From NCBI RefSeq assembly GCF_033153115.1, contig NW_026889803.1:36146001-36210000 (forward strand): a stretch of 64,000 nucleotides of DNA, written 5' to 3'. The notes under the pieces were generated by a model, which made no database searches, was not told the DNA's origin, and saw only the letters and a program-made list of their open reading frames with translations. Shown here in pieces: positions 57,488-64,000 of this stretch. Within the stretch, counting starts at the first letter, position 1, and every line of letters starts with the position of its first letter. Both the position numbers and the translations under genes were made by a program. This DNA comes from Saccostrea echinata. Lineage: Eukaryota.

Positions 57488-59760
57488 CTCAAGAATGAAT
57501 AGCAAAAATTCTCAAGAATGAATAGCGATGCCATGAATAGTCATGTTTATAAGGAAGCATCAGCATATAGTGTAGATTAAAATTTGTTCAAATCATGACT
57601 GCCGGGAGTAGGGTTGGGCCTCAACGGGCAATTAAAGTTTAAAAAAGAAATACGTAGGAAAAAATCTGTAAAAAAAATCTTCTCAAGAATGAGCAGCAAA
57701 GCCATGATCAGTCATATTAATATAGAAGCATCCTTGGGTAGTTTGTTCAAATCAAGGCCCCCTGGGGTAGGATGGGGCTATCAAAATTTTATATAAGAAT
57801 ATACAGGCAAAAGAATTGGCTGATGAAGAAGTTACTCAGGTGAGCGTTATTGCCCGTTGGCATCTTGATAACTATTATTATATCAAAAAGGTTATAGTTT
57901 AATATATATAATCTGAAAGTGTATAAGAAAATATAGATTTTAAGTGCATCAAATATTCATTTTATTTCAGAGGAAAATCAGTTCTTATACACTTCATACA
58001 CTGCGAGATTAAGCAGGTTTTAAGATAAATCTTTCCATATATTAGTCATTTGCTACATGCCGTATGATTCACCATTGTGACAATGTTTAAAAAGGGCATA
58101 AATGTAAATTCCCACACAACATGAAATTAAATTTATTAACTAAGTAATAATGAATAGCGTTTTTCCATATTAAACTCATTCACAATCATACCAAGAGCTT
58201 TTGGCACAGACGATTTATAAAACATGGCTTGGCCTTGAATTACTTTAAATATATATTTCCATTATATAAAATGCAGTTTCTGGAAAATAAATTTCCATTG
58301 TTGGATTTCTTTATTTACTTTTCTTCATTTATTATATCAACTTTTAAACGTATCTAATTTAGCATGCAACACAAGTTATTCTAATCTTATTATCCGTTTT
58401 TTGTATACTTGAGACGGAGAAACAAAATGACGGCACAAATAGGACCTGACGCAATTGATCTTGAGAATTCCATAGTATATATGTTTTTATTCCGAGTTTA
58501 TAATCAACTTATTTGGAAACCAATATACAACAATAGATTAAGGATGTCATAAAGAAAAGGGATTAGGTACAAGATTTTTTTTTACTATCCTTAATCGAAA
58601 TTTAAAAGTGAATAATTATTTAAATTCAATGAACAAAATGTTAAGCATCAAGTTTCTTAAAACTGATGCAATGCTTAATCAAAATTTATGAAATTGAATG
58701 TTTTGGCCCTGGAGTGTTCGACATATTTTCAACTTTACTCTGGTGTTACATAGATGTGACAGCTTGGGAAACTGAAAGAAATCAACATTAATATTGAATA
58801 AAATTTTAATGAACACATTTTTCATATATCGTTGTGAATTAGAATGGGTAGTAGCATTAATCACACAGTAATAGAGGACTTAAAAGTTGAAAATATGTAA
58901 AATGTTTAAATATAACTTATACCAAGACTTAGAGAGTGAGAGAAGGGGGAGATATACTTGGATGAAAAGATTTTTAGCTTTACAGCATGAAATATTTGTC
59001 GTAATAGAAGACGATCTATTTATACCGAAATTTGGGAGCAGGTGCGCCGACGTATTACTTAACTTGGTAACTTTGTTAGTACTAATTATGAAAGTATGAA
59101 ACTTATTTTGTTACTAAAATTAATATTTTGTGCAAAATTTTTACTTGATATCTATTGCAAAATAAATATATTATAATTATGAATTTATCGAAAGGACACA
59201 ACAATTCCAGTTGAAATTAAATCGTATTCATGAAACTTGATTGCAATATCCTATTGATTTATTTTTGATAAAAATTGCGTGCCTTAATTGTCTAATTATG
59301 AAACCACCTCATTTACAGATAAGTTTAAAAAAAGAATTAAGATGTACATGCTGTCTTATTCCGATTGTTCAGAATAAAACCACATCATCTGACAAAATCT
59401 AGATATCTTTAAAGCTTTTCTTATCTAAATCTTCCTTTCTAGGTAAAATTACGTCAACTGGCGATAAGCGAGAAATCTATTTTTAAAATTCTTTTTTAGC
59501 ATTTTAACACTAGAACGCAGTATATCATGGCTCTGTCTTATGAACGTTTGCTTAAAAAAAATGTTTTAACCGAAAATATCAATCTTACTTAGAAAACCTA
59601 TCCAATAGGAAATTCCAAGTTCAAAAAGTATAATATGGAATTGTAACTCAAGATATCAATATTTATAGTGTTCCAGAAAGCGGTAAGGTCCTAGTAAAAT
59701 CAGGTAAACTGCCAAACTTTGATAAAAAGGAGGCTAATCTTTTAATCGTTTTGAACCACA

Positions 59761-60525
59761 ATGGACAATAAAACGTTAATTTCTACAGAATACAGCGATT
59801 GTAATTGCGGTAAAACTGCTAGTTTTTATTACAAACGAAAGAAAAAAGGAAACAATTTCAATATTTATAAGGGGAGAATGTACTCTTGCTGCAAAGATAT
59901 TCAAACAGCAGTCGTAAAAGTTACCGCGAACGGAAAGGGGTCAAAGGAGGATCTCCCGGACTACATTATTGCTTCGCAAGCTGCACATGATCTTGCAAAC
60001 AAGTTTTCAAAACTATGTAGTATATTTGTTCATTTTCCTGAAATCCATATTGCAGAAATGGACACTGTTGCTATCTTTGACACATTCATTCCCGGGGATT
60101 GCCGGAAGCTATCAGGCGATGAATTCGTTTTGTTTGAGCCGTACGTAAAAGATCTCCAAAACTTTGTCACCAGAGAAGGGATTGTTACAAAGGTTTGCCC
60201 CGCAGTCATTCAGGAACTCTGCCATTTTTCATTTCACCAATCAAACGGGGATAATATTCTTAGGGGCTTGAAGGGTTCTTGGGAGAAAAATGGAAAAAGT
60301 TTTCGTCTTGCATCACCTGCCACGAAATATTTTCCAGAGAAATGCTCTGCAGATGAAATTCCGTGCGCCATTACTAATTTCTTTTCAGTCCACACATGTA
60401 CAAGCCGCTGTAATAAATGGCTGGTTCCCAGTCAAGTGCATTCATCAAGGTCCGAGCACCAGTTTGACAACTCATTTTCAGATCCTCCCCCACCATATGA
60501 AAGCATTGATTTTGCTACAAGATAA
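59761..60525 (+). CDS. Alpha-kinase-like (eEF2K/ALPK fold) protein, probable pseudokinase (254 aa)
   Basis: AVVK, A..LANKF, VLFEPY, QELCHFSFHQSNG, FFSVHTCTSRC (Zn ligands); canonical DLQG and TDP read GLKG and ASP. Confidence 0.78.
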   Translation: MDNKTLISTEYSDCNCGKTASFYYKRKKKGNNFNIYKGRMYSCCKDIQTAVVKVTANGKGSKEDLPDYIIASQAAHDLANKFSKLCSIFVHFPEIHIAEMDTVAIFDTFIPGDCRKLSGDEFVLFEPYVKDLQNFVTREGIVTKVCPAVIQELCHFSFHQSNGDNILRGLKGSWEKNGKSFRLASPATKYFPEKCSADEIPCAITNFFSVHTCTSRCNKWLVPSQVHSSRSEHQFDNSFSDPPPPYESIDFATR

Positions 60526-61068
60526 TACCATGTTTAAACTTCTGTACAGAGAAAGTTGTAATTTTGTTTTTTTTAATAGTTAAATAACGGTGCTTTACTT
60601 TGAGAAATATCTGTGCAGTTGTGAGTATTTTTTGTTTAACTGTCGAAAAGTATAGAATTGTTTTTTTTTCTTTTTATCGTTGATACTTATATTTGCTTAT
60701 ACTTGCCTGCTTGCTTTATGTTTTTTTTTTAAATTAAAAATATTGATTACAACTTCAACAGTCTTTCTTGTATGTAAGCACTGCATACTTAATTTCCATA
60801 AATTGAATACATAAACATCAAAGAATAATAAAATTCTTTAATGCAAAAGAGTGAGGACAATATTATCATTGTTGCTTATACATAAATAAAACAAGCGAAA
60901 AACTGTTAACCGTTGTATGGTGCAAACCATTTTCCAATGTTAATAAAAGTTATTCGAATGAATTCAAATGTCCCTTATAAATTAGCACAAAAATAAACTC
61001 CTGACGAACTGGGGACTTTGTTATCACACATTACAAGTTTAATTAAAGGAGTAAGAACTTCTATATAT

Positions 61069-61310
61069 GTGCACATATGATACGGCGCCCGTATTGTTAT
61101 CTGTTTTTCTGTCAGTTCATTGTATATGTTTACCTTGACTTTTTGTATGAATAGGATATTCAAAGGTATTGCATTGTATGAATAGGGTATTCATAGGTAT
61201 TCCATTGCAATGCCTATGAATACCCTATTCATACCAGTCAAGGCATACATATACAATTAATGAAGTGAATGAAATGCAGATAACAATACGGGTGCCATAT
61301 CATATGTTCA
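61069..61310. repeat. Fold-back (palindromic MITE-like) sequence
   Basis: acatatgata.gg..cccgtattgttatctg / cagataacaatacgggtgccatatcatatgt; inner tatgaatagggtattcatagg / cctatgaataccctattcata. Confidence 0.75.
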
Positions 61311-63649
61311 GATAGCTCTTGCAATGCCTATTGCCCAATTCATTCAGTTTTCTCAATAAGATGTTGTTTAAATGTGATGTGGGATAAATATAAAACGTTA
61401 TTAAAAAAAAATCTAGATTACTTTCATCTGTTCTTTACTGGATTTCGTCTGACTTCAGAAATTGGGTCTTTATTCCGATTTCATGATGGTTTCTTCCTAA
61501 ATAGCCCAAATCTCAAGGCTCTTTAACAATAATTGGAGTAAAGCCCAACTTCATTTACTGGGTATATTCAAATTTTGATAGAAATGGTCAAAAAATATAT
61601 TACACAAGCTTATTTATTACACGTTATTTACTGAAATTAGATAATTTCAGTAAATGTTAAATTTTCAGTAAAATCCGAGAACTTGGCACTATAATATTCC
61701 CAGTTAATTGACTATGAATTCGTGGATGTTATGGAAGGAAGTGAATGAATGTTTTGCCTATGGACTAGGATTAACTCATTAATTTGCGAACTGTTTTTTT
61801 TATCGTCCTTGTAAATATTTAAACTCATTATTGAACTTGTAAAATAAATGCTTCAGAGCGCCTCAGTTGGAATTTCCTTTTCCAATTGTCCAACATCAAC
61901 AAGCGTCAGTAAAAATGTTCCCTCTTGTTTTTGTTTCTTATTGCTTTAAAATGATAAAAGATAGGTTATTCAACATTAAATTTGTAGACAGAATAGTTTA
62001 ATCACACACATTAAGTAAGCCTGACTGATAGACTAGTAGCTCCTGCAGTCCCCCCCCCTTTTTTTTTGAAACAAATAAATTTTTTGGATCTTTTACTGAT
62101 AATAATGGCAAACCTTTAATAAAACTGTCCCTCGAGACTTGGGATTTTGTTATATCATATACATGTAATGTATTTAAAATTTTAAACTCATTCATTTCAA
62201 TTTAAACTTCAATGCAAGACAATTTGTAGAGTGCATTCCCAATTCTTCTGCACAGCTTGCTAGGATCACATAATGTTGGCTGGGTTGCCCATAAAACATT
62301 AAGCTAGTGTCTAAAAATACCATTTAGATGTCACAAAAATAATGCACCAGAGTTTCAAGTGCCAATGGACACAAGACATGTTAAAGTTAAAAATTAAAGT
62401 ACATGTACAAGTGAAGTAATGCAGCTCCTGATAAATAGCGGCATTTAAATCATATTTGTCATATTACCTTCGACTAAATGGACTTAAGTATATCTCGGAA
62501 AGATGCGAATGTTGTGTCTTAAAAGTGTATTTTTTTTACGGTATAGTGGGTCTTTGCTCCATGTTTTTGTTAACCAAAAAATGGAGCGAAGACCCACGCA
62601 TATCGAAAAATTGTGTTATAGCCTGAGAAAATTATCCTTTTATCCTTCTTTAGTGTGTGTATGCAAATTCATAAGCAAATAATTTCAATCTTTGTGAGAT
62701 TAATATTTTTGCAAATTGTGGAGATTTTACGTAGAGAATATTTTAATATAAGATGAAATATCAAAGAAAAAATTGTTATAATTGAGATTTAATTTTTCAC
62801 CTCCATGTTTGTCGTACTAAAGGCATTTCGCTCCCCATCTTCTTATATCAAACTATACATGTTGTGTCAAGATACACAAAAACAAACAGTACGACAAAGT
62901 GATATTACCCCAGATGATTTCTTTTTTTATTGTGAAGTATTTATGAAAACTGTCTGCATTATACCGACAGAATTAATGTGTTGACGGACAGACGGTCGGG
63001 TGGACAATGTGACTCCAGAAGGGGTGCCGCATTACATTCAGGGCCTAAAGATGTATAATGTTGTTTTCTACGCTTATCATTTAAAATTAGATTTCTCGAC
63101 TTCAATGACTCGACTTTAAATTTATCAAGTGTATAAAATCTCGGTCACTATAAGATTAAATATATATATTTTTAAAGGATGTGTAAAATCCTATTTTATT
63201 TATAGCGTTAATATACTGGGAAATCCAGTCTTGTTTATATGAAACCGACGTTAGTATTTATTAATTTATATAAACAGTTCTCCTCGGATGTCATTTTACA
63301 ATGTGATGTTGTGATAGAACACAGATTAAAAGGAATCATACTTAGGTAATATTAATACGTGTTCATTTTACCCGCAAAGTATCTCCTTTAAAGGTTCAAA
63401 TTGTTAATAAACTTTCAACGCGATCGGCCTGTTTACAAACATTTAATTCTATTTTTGGTTCTCAATACATTAACGTTTAAGCAAGACTTCTTTCATTGTC
63501 ATCTTTTGAATTTAAATAATTATCTTATTCTCAATATTGCATTGTATTCAATCACTGCTCTTAGCGTACATGAGAATGAATTCATATCTTACTATAACTA
63601 ACTGTATTTTAAACTTATACTTATTTTACTTTCAGATATATATTCCAGC

Positions 63650-64000
63650 ATGAATAACGAAACCCTACCGTCCTTGCTTCGGAGTGGATGTACATGTGAA
63701 AAATCTGCGAATTTTGACTTTCGTCCGAAAAAACGGGGAAAGAAATTCATTATTTACAAAGGTAAAATGCATTCTTGTTGCAATGACATTCAAAGAGCAG
63801 CTGTTAAATTTGATTCAACCGGAAAAGGTTCGAAGGAGAGGTTGGAAAAATACATAGAGGAATCACAAACGGCCCATGTTATTGCTAGAAAGTTCTCAAA
63901 AATGTGTAATGTGACAATTAGATTTCCAGAATTACATCTAGCAGTAATGGACGAAGTGTCTTTGCTTACAAATACTCTGTCCGATTGTAGGAAACTGTCC
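63650..64000 (+). CDS. Second alpha-kinase-like paralogue (5' part; runs off the window)
   Basis: MNNETL...CTCEKSANF...IYKGKMHSCCNDIQRAAVK...GKGSKE.L..YI..SQ.AH..A.KFSK...FPELH.A.MD, collinear with the 59761 ORF. Confidence 0.85.
   Translation, partial: MNNETLPSLLRSGCTCEKSANFDFRPKKRGKKFIIYKGKMHSCCNDIQRAAVKFDSTGKGSKERLEKYIEESQTAHVIARKFSKMCNVTIRFPELHLAVMDEVSLLTNTLSDCRKLS

Larger units (their letters stand above)
54890..57868 (+). mobile_element. Degenerate HINE/Helentron-like element with ~160-bp repeats and nested insertions
   Basis: Units 'aaatcatgacccccggg.gtagggtggggccacaata'; 3' actcaggtgagcg...tgcccgttggcatcttg; nested MITEs (55703-56267, 55797-56165) and a second repeat element (56391-57487). 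Confidence 0.65.

Overview
AT-rich, repeat-dense animal genomic DNA, most likely from a bivalve such as an oyster (inferred from the Helentron-borne ~165-bp satellite and a Meta-type SINE). Four large DNA elements have exact, readable ends. (1) An intact Sola1 transposon (2625-7130, AATT TSD). (2) A pogo/Tigger transposon (7365-22259, TA TSD) whose otherwise intact ORF is split by (3) a 12.2-kb PIF/Harbinger element (8175-20369, CTG TSD) carrying spliced transposase and Myb/trihelix genes. (4) A complete 22.2-kb Maverick/Polinton endogenous virus (31148-53320; 163-bp perfect TIRs, GTGGAC TSD) with integrase, minor and major capsid, protease, packaging ATPase and an intron-split pPolB. The most interesting part is the Maverick accessory cargo, which looks like a host-manipulation kit: a 60-aa DP71L/ICP34.5/GADD34-type PP1-eIF2alpha phosphatase adaptor, a CARD-PC4-PC4 fusion, a 4-exon nuclear protein with 8 PPxY/YSPxSP repeats resembling the RNA Pol II CTD, a multi-exon membrane protein, CRE sites in both TIRs and a G.U-biased long hairpin. 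The right end holds two tandem host alpha-kinase-like genes; the complete one lacks the catalytic residues. All calls come from reading motifs by eye; no database searches were run.
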